Shown piece by piece: positions 29,341 to 38,335 of a stretch of DNA of 64,000 nucleotides. Every line of letters starts with the position of its first letter. The stretch's first letter is position 1. This DNA comes from Clostridia bacterium (lineage in GTDB: Bacteria; Bacillota; Clostridia; TANB77; CAG-465). Position numbers and translations under genes: made by a program. Under the pieces are notes generated by a model. The model was not told the origin of the DNA. It did not search any database and saw only the letters and a list, made by a program, of their open reading frames with translations. The stretch covers positions 71,275-135,274 of the forward strand of contig JAZSNU010000020.1 in the NCBI GenBank assembly GCA_045536565.1, in the 5' to 3' direction.

Positions 29341-30120
29341 ATGAAGATATTTGATACACACGCACATTATGACGATGAAAGGTATGAAAAAGATTTACAA
29401 CAAGTTATAAAAGACAATTATGAAAGTGGAGTACTAAAAATAGTAAATGCATCGTATGACTTGGATAGTTCATTAAAATCAAAACAGCTTGCTAATAGAT
29501 TTGACAATGTATACTATTCTGTTGGAATTCATCCAGATAGTGTAAGAGAAAATGTAGATGAAGACATAGAGAAGTTAGAAAGCATCATACAAGCATATAA
29601 AGATAATACTAAATTAGTGGCAATAGGGGAAATAGGCTTAGATTATCACTATACAAAAGAGAACAAACTACTTCAAAAAGTGTATTTAGAAAAACAGTTA
29701 GAACTTGCTATAAAATATAATTTGCCAGTAATAATACATTGTAGAGATGCAAGTGATGATATGTATCATGTATTAAACAATGATAAATATAAAGATCTAA
29801 GTATAGTTTTTCATTGTTTTCAGCCGGCAGATGCAATTGTTAATCTTGTTATAAAAAGAAAATGGTTTATTGGATTGGGTGGAAATATAACATATAAAAG
29901 AAGTGCTCATAGCATAGATTTAATAAAATTAGTTCCTCTTGATCAAATTATGGTTGAGACAGATGCACCTTATTTGTCACCCGAGCCTGTACGAGGCACA
30001 AGAAATGAATCTAAAAATATAAAATATGTAATACAAAAATTAGCAGAAGTGAAAGGCGTTGAAATAAAAACACTTCAAGAAATATTATATGATAATAGTC
30101 TTAAATTTTATAGAATATAA
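29341..30120 (+). CDS. tatD: TatD family metal-dependent DNase/hydrolase
   Basis: FDTHAHYD, GEIGLDYHY, HCRDA, ETDAPYL motifs. Confidence 0.85.
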   Translation: MKIFDTHAHYDDERYEKDLQQVIKDNYESGVLKIVNASYDLDSSLKSKQLANRFDNVYYSVGIHPDSVRENVDEDIEKLESIIQAYKDNTKLVAIGEIGLDYHYTKENKLLQKVYLEKQLELAIKYNLPVIIHCRDASDDMYHVLNNDKYKDLSIVFHCFQPADAIVNLVIKRKWFIGLGGNITYKRSAHSIDLIKLVPLDQIMVETDAPYLSPEPVRGTRNESKNIKYVIQKLAEVKGVEIKTLQEILYDNSLKFYRI

Positions 30121-30142
30121 CAAACAAAAATACAATAATAAA

Positions 30143-30169
30143 AGTCATGGATAAACCCATGACTTTTTA
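30143..30169. terminator. bidirectional rho-independent terminator between tatD and the convergent XRE gene
   Basis: AGTCATGG-ATAAA-CCCATGACT flanked by A-run and T-run. Confidence 0.6.
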
Positions 30170-30186
30170 ATTTTTTATAATATATA

Positions 30187-30510
30187 TTAATCAACAAATG
30201 TATCTTTGATAGTTCTTACTACACCTTTAAGAATGTTTAATTGTTTATCAGTTAAATACATTTCGTTATCTTCTGCAATATCAGAATGTTTTAATGATTC
30301 GAACAATAAATAATCTAAACTAACATCTAGAACATTTGCAAGACATACTATTGTTTCTAGACTAGGAGATTTTACGCCACGCTCAACATCACCAAGGAAG
30401 TTTGGAGATACACCAATTTCTTCTGCCAAGGCAAATTGTGTTAAATATTTTTCTTTACGAATTCTTCTAATTCTGTTACCTAAATCTTTATTATTTATTA
30501 CAGCTGACAT
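30187..30510 (-). CDS. XRE-family HTH transcriptional regulator
   Basis: HTH: LTQFALAEEIGVSPNFLGDVERGVKSPSLETIV. Confidence 0.75.
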   Translation of the reverse strand: MSAVINNKDLGNRIRRIRKEKYLTQFALAEEIGVSPNFLGDVERGVKSPSLETIVCLANVLDVSLDYLLFESLKHSDIAEDNEMYLTDKQLNILKGVVRTIKDTFVD

Positions 30511-30784
30511 ATGTAATCACTCCTTTTACGCATAATTAAATATATAATATTTAGCAGTAAAATAGAACAAACTAAAAGATTGCAAACAAACACTAATAGG
30601 GTTATAATAAATATTGTGTGCTAAAAAAATGAAATATAAACAAAAGACTTAGCAAAACTATTTAATTATAAATAGGTGATAAGTATAAATTATTAAGTTG
30701 TTGCAAATGTTTACATAATGTGGTATAATACAAAATGTATTTTATATACAAATTTATAATAAAATTATTATGGAGGAAAAAATT

Positions 30785-31384
30785 ATGACTAATGGATTTT
30801 TTAACCGGTACAAATTGCCTATATTTATTGTAGGCGGGATTCTTGTAACAATTCTGTGTGTATACCTAATATCACTCGGAACAAAGACTCAGGCAAATAA
30901 GCTTGAAAACTATGTTGAAACGGCAGCAGCCGATATAACCATTGTGGAAAAGGAAAGAACAGACAAATTAGACACCTTGTTTGGAACTGTAAAGGCAAAT
31001 GCAAAACACGAAAAAAGCATAATTGATTCAATTACAAAGTCTAGACAAAGAATTTCTACTAGTTTAGAAGAAGGAAACTTAGGAGCAGTTCAGTCTGAAA
31101 TGAGTAAGGTTGCTTCTACTATTGAAGTCCTTGTGGAAAATTATCCTGAAATATCAGCAACAAAAGCATATATTGAATTTATGAATGCATCTGCAATTGC
31201 TGAATCTAAGATATCATCTCATAGAACCAATTATAATGCAGCAGTTCGTGAATACAATGATTTTGTTGACGGATCATTTAATAGAATGCTTTTAAAACTT
31301 TCTGGTTATAAGATAAAAACATTAGAACTTCTTGACTTCGGCATTGTATATCAAGATCCTGTAAAATACGATTGGGAGGACTAA
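30785..31384 (+). CDS. LemA-like membrane protein (divergent)
   Basis: Single N-terminal TM, same size and architecture as LemA, weak core similarity (TVKANAKHE). Start at the internal ATG after GGAGGAAAAAATT. Confidence 0.4.
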   Translation: MTNGFFNRYKLPIFIVGGILVTILCVYLISLGTKTQANKLENYVETAAADITIVEKERTDKLDTLFGTVKANAKHEKSIIDSITKSRQRISTSLEEGNLGAVQSEMSKVASTIEVLVENYPEISATKAYIEFMNASAIAESKISSHRTNYNAAVREYNDFVDGSFNRMLLKLSGYKIKTLELLDFGIVYQDPVKYDWED

Positions 31385-31385
31385 T

Positions 31386-32234
31386 ATGAATTACAGGTCA
31401 TCAGAGAGGTTTCATAATGTTACAAGAGGAGAAATAATAATAACATGTATAGCATTTGTTATATGGACTACTTTATGTATATTTATAAACATGTCTATAA
31501 CTAATGCCACGACTAAAAGTAATGAAATATATTATAAAGCTATTCAAATCGATAATGAACCAACCCTTTTTGCGTACGCTATGAAAACAAATGCTGGTAA
31601 TGCGTTAGTGTATGGAGAAGTAAATCCTGTAGATACTGTAACGGATGAAATACTTAAACAAAACTATTTAGCTATAAAGGTGCATATTGATAAATATGTA
31701 GAAAAGGTTAAGTACGAAGATATTACCGATGAAGATGGCAATGTAATTGGGCAAAGAGCAGTGCATTATGAGGAATGGGATAGTTACAAAACAATAGAAA
31801 CCCATGCAAATGAAATAAACTTCTTAGGTAAAAACTTTCCATATTCTAAATTAGATTTATCAAATTATACAAAACTAGAACTTAATACAGATACAGTAAA
31901 AGATGGATTAGAAGGAAATACAAGGTGGAATTATTTTTATCCTTCTGGTAGATTATTTGCAAGAGTTGGAGATTATAGATATGAATACTATATTATTCCT
32001 TTAAAACAGAATATAACTGTATTAGCAAATTTGAGTGAAAACACAATGTATAATGTTAAATCTAGGGATAGAACAGTTGATGTTCATTACAATAAAACAA
32101 TAGATCAAGTTATGAAAGATAGACAACAAAGTAAAAATGGTTTGAATATACTGTTCACGGTATTTTGGTATATTATATTTGCATTTTTTGCATATGTTTT
32201 TATTAATTCTCGTAACAAATGGGCTGATTGCTAA
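31386..32234 (+). CDS. hypothetical membrane protein (N- and C-terminal TM)
   Basis: RBS GGGAGGA; start overlaps the stop of the LemA-like gene, suggesting translational coupling. Confidence 0.5.
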   Translation: MNYRSSERFHNVTRGEIIITCIAFVIWTTLCIFINMSITNATTKSNEIYYKAIQIDNEPTLFAYAMKTNAGNALVYGEVNPVDTVTDEILKQNYLAIKVHIDKYVEKVKYEDITDEDGNVIGQRAVHYEEWDSYKTIETHANEINFLGKNFPYSKLDLSNYTKLELNTDTVKDGLEGNTRWNYFYPSGRLFARVGDYRYEYYIIPLKQNITVLANLSENTMYNVKSRDRTVDVHYNKTIDQVMKDRQQSKNGLNILFTVFWYIIFAFFAYVFINSRNKWADC

Positions 32235-32293
32235 TTTAATCCAGAGCTATATTTTAGCTCTGGATTTTATCATGTTATATATGAAGTATATAA

Positions 32294-32320
32294 AAAAGCA
32301 GATCGTAAAAATCTGCTTTT
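32294..32320. terminator. bidirectional terminator (serves 31386..32234 and tRNA-Pro)
   Basis: AAAAGCAGAT-CGTAAAA-ATCTGCTTTT perfect hairpin. Confidence 0.65.
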
Positions 32321-32324
32321 CATA

Positions 32325-32400
32325 TGGTCGGAGTGACAGGACCCGAACCTGCGACCTCATGGTCCCAAACCACGCGCTCTACCAACTGAGCTACACCCCG
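32325..32400 (-). tRNA. tRNA-Pro (anticodon TGG)
   Basis: Reverse complement reads CGGGGTGTAGCTCAGTTGGTAGAGCGCGTGGTTTGGGACCATGAGGTCGCAGGTTCGGGTCCTGTCACTCCGACCA. Anticodon loop TTTGGGA. Confidence 0.9.
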
Positions 32401-32518
32401 ATATATTTTTGATACGCAAGTTATTATAGCATGTTTTTTTACACAAATCAAGTTTTTTTATGCAAAATGATGAAAATTGCTTGTAAATATGATAAAATAC
32501 CAGTATGGAGTGATTTGT

Positions 32519-32911
32519 ATGGAATGTTTTTGTGGAACAGATATTATAGAAGTATCAAGAGTTAAAGATGCAATATTAAATACAAGGGGATTTAAAGAAA
32601 AAATATATACATTAAAAGAAATTCAAGTTGGAAATAGCAAGTCAGAAAAAGTAATGTATGAATATTTTGCAGGAAGATTTGCAGCAAAAGAAGCAATATA
32701 CAAAGCAGTGAGTAGTTTTAAGAATGATTTTAACTTTTGGGAAGTTGAAATATTAAATGATAAAGATTTAAAAAATAGACCAATAGTTATATTTAAAAAT
32801 GAAGAATTATTATCAATGCAAGATAGAGGATTTTTGAGTATTGATGTAAGTATTTCTCACATATCAGAATATGCTACTGCAACAGCAGTGGTTAAAGTGT
32901 CTAAACCTTAG
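32519..32911 (+). CDS. acpS: holo-[acyl-carrier-protein] synthase
   Basis: GTDIIEVSRV... and ISISH motif; about 130 aa. Confidence 0.7.
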   Translation: MECFCGTDIIEVSRVKDAILNTRGFKEKIYTLKEIQVGNSKSEKVMYEYFAGRFAAKEAIYKAVSSFKNDFNFWEVEILNDKDLKNRPIVIFKNEELLSMQDRGFLSIDVSISHISEYATATAVVKVSKP

Positions 32912-32998
32912 AAAATACCTAAGTTTGACATAAATTTCAATTGACAAATAAAGGGACCTGTGAGATAATTATATTTATAGAAAAAGCGAGGGATTAAC

Positions 32999-34936
32999 AT
33001 GTGTGATAAAAAAGAAAAATATTATATGACAACAGCAATAGCCTATACATCTAAAAAACCACATATAGGAAATACATATGAGGCAATTTTTGCAGATAGT
33101 ATAGCAAGATATAAAAGGATGCAAGGATATGATGTATACTTTATGACTGGAACAGATGAGCATGGTCAAAAGATACAACAACTAGCAGAAGAATCAAACA
33201 TTTCACCTAAACAATATGTTGATAATATTGCAGGTGAAATAAAAGAAATATGGGATTTAGTAGGTACAAGTTATGATAAGTTTATAAGGACAACAGATGA
33301 TTATCATGAAAAAACAGTACAAAAAATATTCAAAAAATTATATGACCAAGGGGATATATATAAAGGATATTACGAAGGATGGTACTGCACACCATGTGAA
33401 TCTTTCTTTACTGAAACACAACTTGTAGACGGAAAATGTCCAGATTGCGGAAGAGAAGTAAACCATTCAAAAGAAGAAGCATACTTCTTAAAATTAAGCA
33501 ATTATCAAGATAGATTAATAAAACATATAGAAGAACATCCTGATTTTATTCAGCCAAAAGCAAGAGAAAAGGAAATAATCAACAACTTCATAAAACCAGG
33601 ACTTCAAGATCTATGTGTATCTAGATCATCTTTTACATGGGGAATACCAGTAGAATTTGATCCAAAACATGTGACATATGTATGGATTGATGCTTTATCT
33701 AACTATATAACTGGAATAGGTTATGAACTAGATAAAAAAGGTGAGAAATACTTAAAATATTGGCCAGCTGACTTGCATATCATTGGTAAAGATATTTTAA
33801 GATTCCATATGATATATTGGCCAATAATGCTTATGGCACTTGGTGAGCCACTGCCTAAGCATATATATGCTCATGGCTGGATGCTATTTGGTCAAGATAA
33901 AATGAGTAAATCAAGAGGAAATGTAATATATGCTGATGATTTAGTAAAATTATTTGGCGTAGATGCGACAAGATTTTATTCATTAAGTGAAATGCCATTT
34001 GCACAAGATGGTTCAATCACATATGAAGCATTTATATCAAGATATAATTCAGAACTTGCTAATACATTAGGAAATTTAGTAAATAGAACAATAGCAATGT
34101 GTAATAAATATTTTGATGGTATAGTTCAAAATAAAAATGTGGCCGATGAAGTAGACCAAGATTTAATAAATGTAGCTTTAAATTCTGCTAAAAAGTATAA
34201 TGAAAAAATGAACGAATTAAAAGTTCAAGAAGCAATTTCTGAAATATGGGAATTAGTTCGTAGAAGTAATAAATATATTGATGAAACAATGCCGTGGAGT
34301 TTAGCAAAAGACGAAACTAAAAAGGACAGATTAAGTACGGTTCTATATAATCTTATTGAATCAATAAGAATGATTGCTGTAATGATAGCACCAATTATTC
34401 CAGGCACATCTGAAAAAATATTTGAATATATAAATTCAAATGAAAAATCATTAGAAAGCATTAATGAATTTGGAATATATGTATCAGGAACAAAAGTGCA
34501 AACTGCTAAACCATTATTTGAAAGAATAGATGAAAAGAAAAAAATGGAAGAAATAGAAGAATTAAATAAGAAAGAAGTGGAAACTGTGGAAAACACAAGC
34601 GAAGAAAAAGCAAATTTAATAACAATTGATGAGTTAGATAAAGTAAAACTACAAGTAGGACAAATAAAAGAAGTAAATAGAGTAGAAGGTGCAAACAAGC
34701 TATATTGCTTATCTGTTGATATAGGAACAGAGGTAAGAACAATAGTATCAGGATTAGTACCATACTACACAGAAGAAGAACTATTAAATAAAAAAATAGT
34801 TGTAGTAACTAACTTAAAACCTGCTAAATTAAGAGGTATAGAATCAAATGGAATGCTTTTAGCAGCAGGAGATGGAGATATTGTTAAATTACTTACAATA
34901 GACGGAGATGTAGAGTTAGGAGCAAACATTCATTAA
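32999..34936 (+). CDS. metG: methionine--tRNA ligase with C-terminal tRNA-binding (EMAP-like) domain
   Basis: HIGN (HIGH variant), zinc knuckle CTPCESF...CPDCG, KMSKS, C-terminal OB-fold domain. Preceded by a TTGACA-17-GATAAT promoter. Confidence 0.9.
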   Translation: MCDKKEKYYMTTAIAYTSKKPHIGNTYEAIFADSIARYKRMQGYDVYFMTGTDEHGQKIQQLAEESNISPKQYVDNIAGEIKEIWDLVGTSYDKFIRTTDDYHEKTVQKIFKKLYDQGDIYKGYYEGWYCTPCESFFTETQLVDGKCPDCGREVNHSKEEAYFLKLSNYQDRLIKHIEEHPDFIQPKAREKEIINNFIKPGLQDLCVSRSSFTWGIPVEFDPKHVTYVWIDALSNYITGIGYELDKKGEKYLKYWPADLHIIGKDILRFHMIYWPIMLMALGEPLPKHIYAHGWMLFGQDKMSKSRGNVIYADDLVKLFGVDATRFYSLSEMPFAQDGSITYEAFISRYNSELANTLGNLVNRTIAMCNKYFDGIVQNKNVADEVDQDLINVALNSAKKYNEKMNELKVQEAISEIWELVRRSNKYIDETMPWSLAKDETKKDRLSTVLYNLIESIRMIAVMIAPIIPGTSEKIFEYINSNEKSLESINEFGIYVSGTKVQTAKPLFERIDEKKKMEEIEELNKKEVETVENTSEEKANLITIDELDKVKLQVGQIKEVNRVEGANKLYCLSVDIGTEVRTIVSGLVPYYTEEELLNKKIVVVTNLKPAKLRGIESNGMLLAAGDGDIVKLLTIDGDVELGANIH

Positions 34937-34957
34937 TATATAGGAGAAAGTATAGTT

Positions 34958-35578
34958 ATGAAAAACAAAGTTGTAAGAGAAGTGTTAGACTGGATAATTT
35001 GTATAGTAATAGCATATGTCCTATACTTAATAATTAACTACTTTTTTGGTACAATATCTGGTGTAAAACAATCTTCTATGTACCCTACTTGTAAGCAAGG
35101 GGATAAAGTATTAATAAGTAGAAGAGTTATTAAACCGAAAGAAATAAAAAGAGGACAAATTGTAACTCTTGAAGCACCAATTTTTGGAGCAGGACTTGAA
35201 ATAAAAGATAATGTTGCGATATATCCTGAGTATCATGGAATGACAAACTTTGCGTATCATGTTATGGGTATAGGAAAGAAAAGTTATATAAAAAGAGTAG
35301 TGGCATTAGAAGGGGAACATATATATATATCAGAAGAGGGAAAGGTATATATAAATGATGAACTACTAAAAGAAAAATACATACAAGAAGATGTAAACAC
35401 AATAAGAAGTGGTGAATTTTATGATTTAATAGTTCCAGAAGACTGTGTATTTGTAATGGGAGATAATAGAGAAGAAAGTGCAGATAGTAGAGCCTTTGGT
35501 TGTGTCCCAATAGAGAAGATAGAAGGTAATGTTAAATGCAGAATATGGCCGCTGAATAAAATAGGTAAAATTAAATAG
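34958..35578 (+). CDS. lepB: signal peptidase I
   Basis: N-terminal TM, catalytic SSMYPT (SMxPT) and GDNREESADSR boxes. Confidence 0.8.
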   Translation: MKNKVVREVLDWIICIVIAYVLYLIINYFFGTISGVKQSSMYPTCKQGDKVLISRRVIKPKEIKRGQIVTLEAPIFGAGLEIKDNVAIYPEYHGMTNFAYHVMGIGKKSYIKRVVALEGEHIYISEEGKVYINDELLKEKYIQEDVNTIRSGEFYDLIVPEDCVFVMGDNREESADSRAFGCVPIEKIEGNVKCRIWPLNKIGKIK

Positions 35579-35587
35579 GAGATAAGA

Positions 35588-36418
35588 ATGTTTGATAGTG
35601 CTATTGGACATAACGGTCCAAAAGAAATGTTATTAAATGATATTGAGAAAAATAAGGTTTCTCACGCATATGCTTTTGTAGGTCCAAAAGGTATAGGAAA
35701 AAAATTACTATCTGATGAATTTGCAAAACAATTGTTGAATACAGACAACTTAAATATAGCAGTTGATTATAAATATATAAAGAAATTAGATGGTAAAAAG
35801 AATATACTTATTGAGCAAATAAGAAAAGAATTAGTTGATGATGTGTATATTTCACCAGCTGCGAGTAGACACAAAGTATATATAATAGATGATGCAGATG
35901 ATTTAAATACTGAATCACAAAATGCACTTTTAAAAACATTAGAAGAACCACCTTCATATGTTTGTATTATATTAATAACAGAAAACATTCAAAACTTCTT
36001 ACCTACTGTTATATCAAGGGTAAAACAAATTAAATTTGATAAATTATCTAATGAAGAAATAACAGACTATTGCACAAAAAATAATATGGAAAATGTTTTT
36101 ACAGAAAATATGTTAAAATATATTGATGGTTCAATAGGAAAACTTGTTAATTTAAAAGAAGAAAGTGAAATGAATATATTTTATGAGGCTGAAAAAATTG
36201 TAAAATGTATTAAAGAAAAAAAAGAATTAGAAATAATTAAAATATTAGATAAAATAAGTTTAAAAAGTACTAATATATTAGATTATTTACAATACTTGTT
36301 ATATATTAATCAGTTATATCCGCCTATGTTTGAAATAGAAAATGCAAGAAAAAAATTAAAATATAACGGGAATGAAGATGTTGTAAAAACAATGTTTGTT
36401 ATAAATAGTTGCAATTGA
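35588..36418 (+). CDS. holB: DNA polymerase III delta' subunit
   Basis: HAYAFVGPKGIGKK, DDADDLNTESQNALLKTLEEPP, SRV motif. Confidence 0.8.
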   Translation: MFDSAIGHNGPKEMLLNDIEKNKVSHAYAFVGPKGIGKKLLSDEFAKQLLNTDNLNIAVDYKYIKKLDGKKNILIEQIRKELVDDVYISPAASRHKVYIIDDADDLNTESQNALLKTLEEPPSYVCIILITENIQNFLPTVISRVKQIKFDKLSNEEITDYCTKNNMENVFTENMLKYIDGSIGKLVNLKEESEMNIFYEAEKIVKCIKEKKELEIIKILDKISLKSTNILDYLQYLLYINQLYPPMFEIENARKKLKYNGNEDVVKTMFVINSCN

Positions 36419-36433
36419 AAGGAGGAAGACTAG

Positions 36434-37312
36434 ATGGAAAAGAAAAAAGAAGATTTAATCTTAGGAGTTAGATTTCAAAAGACAGGAACTCTTCATTATA
36501 TGGATCCTTTAACATATGGATTTAGAATAGGAGATTTAGTTATTGCTAATTCTAAAAGAGGTACTGAGATAGGACGAGTAGTTAGTATTAAAAATAGAAA
36601 TGAATTAGATAAAAATATTGAAATTGAGAAAATTATAAAACCTGCCACTAAATATGATGTTGAAAAGCAAAAAGAACATGAAAAAAATGCCAAAGATGCA
36701 GTGTTAAAATGTAAAAAAATAGCAAATGAACTTGAACTTAACATGAAGGTTATACATGCCGAATATACTTTTGATGGCAGCAAATTAATATTCTATTTTG
36801 CATCAGAAGATAGAGTTGATTTTAGAGAATTAGTAAAAAGACTAGCAGCAGAATATAAATTAAGGATTGAACTAAGACAGGTAGGACCAAGAGATGAAAT
36901 AAAAATGTACCCTAATCTTGGAATGTGTGGCAAGGAAGTTTGTTGTAGGACATTTTTACCAGATTTTGAATCAGTAACAATAAAGATGGCAAAAGAGCAA
37001 GGTTTGCAAATAAATATGTCAAAGATATCAGGTGCGTGTGGTAGACTTATGTGTTGCTTAAAATATGAACAAGATGCTTACAAAGAAAACATGAAAGATT
37101 TACCAAAGCATAATGAAATGGTTAAATATAACGATGAAGATGCAAAGGTAATAGGACTTGATATATTAAATAAAAAAGTAAGACTAAAAATAGGAATAGG
37201 CGAAGATGAAAAGTTTGAAACTGTTGATTACACTGAAATAGAAAGAGTAAAAAAGAATAATAACAGTGATAAAAAACAAGAGAAACAAGGTAAAGAGGAA
37301 CGTGGTGAATAA
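36434..37312 (+). CDS. PSP1 domain protein (YaaT/RicT-like)
   Basis: PSP1 C-terminal region with Cys cluster CGKEVCCRTF...CGRLMCC. holB-yaaT order as in Bacillus. Confidence 0.8.
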   Translation: MEKKKEDLILGVRFQKTGTLHYMDPLTYGFRIGDLVIANSKRGTEIGRVVSIKNRNELDKNIEIEKIIKPATKYDVEKQKEHEKNAKDAVLKCKKIANELELNMKVIHAEYTFDGSKLIFYFASEDRVDFRELVKRLAAEYKLRIELRQVGPRDEIKMYPNLGMCGKEVCCRTFLPDFESVTIKMAKEQGLQINMSKISGACGRLMCCLKYEQDAYKENMKDLPKHNEMVKYNDEDAKVIGLDILNKKVRLKIGIGEDEKFETVDYTEIERVKKNNNSDKKQEKQGKEERGE

Positions 37313-37313
37313 A

Positions 37314-37484
37314 ATGGCATACAGAATAAGTGAAGAATGTATATCATGTGGAGCATGTGCTAACGAATGTCCAGCAGGAGCAATAAAAAGTGGTGATGAT
37401 AGATATGTAGTAGATGCAGAAAAATGCATATCATGTGGAGCATGTGCTGGTATTTGCCCAGTAGGAGCACCAGAAGAAGAGTAA
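37314..37484 (+). CDS. 2x[4Fe-4S] ferredoxin
   Basis: Two CxxCxxCxxxCP motifs (CISCGACANECP, CISCGACAGICP); start at MAYRISEE after GAGGAACGTGGTG. Confidence 0.75.
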   Translation: MAYRISEECISCGACANECPAGAIKSGDDRYVVDAEKCISCGACAGICPVGAPEEE

Positions 37485-37589
37485 AAATATATATTAAAAA
37501 GAGTGCTTAAAACAAGCACTTTTTCTTTACAAAAAATAAATTATATGATAGCATATATATATATATACAAAAGAAAAGAGGTGAAATAT

Positions 37590-38264
37590 ATGGAAAAAAA
37601 GTATAACATAGTACTAGGACTTATGATATTTTTCTTTATAATAATTGTCGGAATAACTATTGCATGGGGATTAGGATATATTGGAGTTAATAAAAATAGT
37701 ACTGTAATAGATAATAGTAATCCTTCAACATCAAAGAGTGATACAATTGTTAATGAAGGAGTAATAGAAAACAGTGATAAAAAAGAAAATGAACAAATAA
37801 TAAAAGAGACAGTTAAAGAAGTCACAGTAGCCAAAATGTTAGAGTTTGATTATACTAAATCTAAAAATGTAGATGATAATCAAAATTATAATGGTGCTAT
37901 ATCAAAGGTATATTATGATGGTGAAAAAGAGTTTACATTATTAATATATTCTGATGGAAGTGCAAAAATTAGTGTTATATTAGATGAAGGACCAATAGAA
38001 TATCCAATAAATAATTTAAAAGGAAAAGTAAAAGATGGAATAATAGGAAGTTATACTCAAGGAATTGAAAAAGCCTATTTATTATTAGAGGATGGTACAG
38101 TCCAAAGTATATCTGATTTTTCAATGTTTAAACAAGTAGGATTTACAGCAGATAAAGTTATAGAAGGTGTAAAAGACATTGTTAGACTAGAAACAATAGT
38201 AAATGTAGGTGGAAAGAGATTACCAATAGCTATTGATAATAATGGATACTATTATGCAATATAA
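37590..38264 (+). CDS. hypothetical membrane-anchored protein
   Basis: Start at MEKKYNIV after AGAGGTGAAATAT; N-terminal TM. Confidence 0.5.
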   Translation: MEKKYNIVLGLMIFFFIIIVGITIAWGLGYIGVNKNSTVIDNSNPSTSKSDTIVNEGVIENSDKKENEQIIKETVKEVTVAKMLEFDYTKSKNVDDNQNYNGAISKVYYDGEKEFTLLIYSDGSAKISVILDEGPIEYPINNLKGKVKDGIIGSYTQGIEKAYLLLEDGTVQSISDFSMFKQVGFTADKVIEGVKDIVRLETIVNVGGKRLPIAIDNNGYYYAI

Positions 38265-38284
38265 TAATATTATATAACAAAACA

Positions 38285-38314
38285 AAGCGGAGAATTATTT
38301 CTCCGCTTCTTTAT
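38285..38314. terminator. bidirectional terminator (37590..38264 and ppdK)
   Basis: AAGCGGAGAA-TTAT-TTCTCCGCTT perfect hairpin. Confidence 0.65.
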
Positions 38315-38335
38315 ATACTTTATTTACAATCCCTA

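Noticed and set aside
32179-32412. 77-aa plus-strand ORF
   Set aside because: Overlaps the bidirectional terminator and the entire tRNA-Pro gene on the opposite strand.
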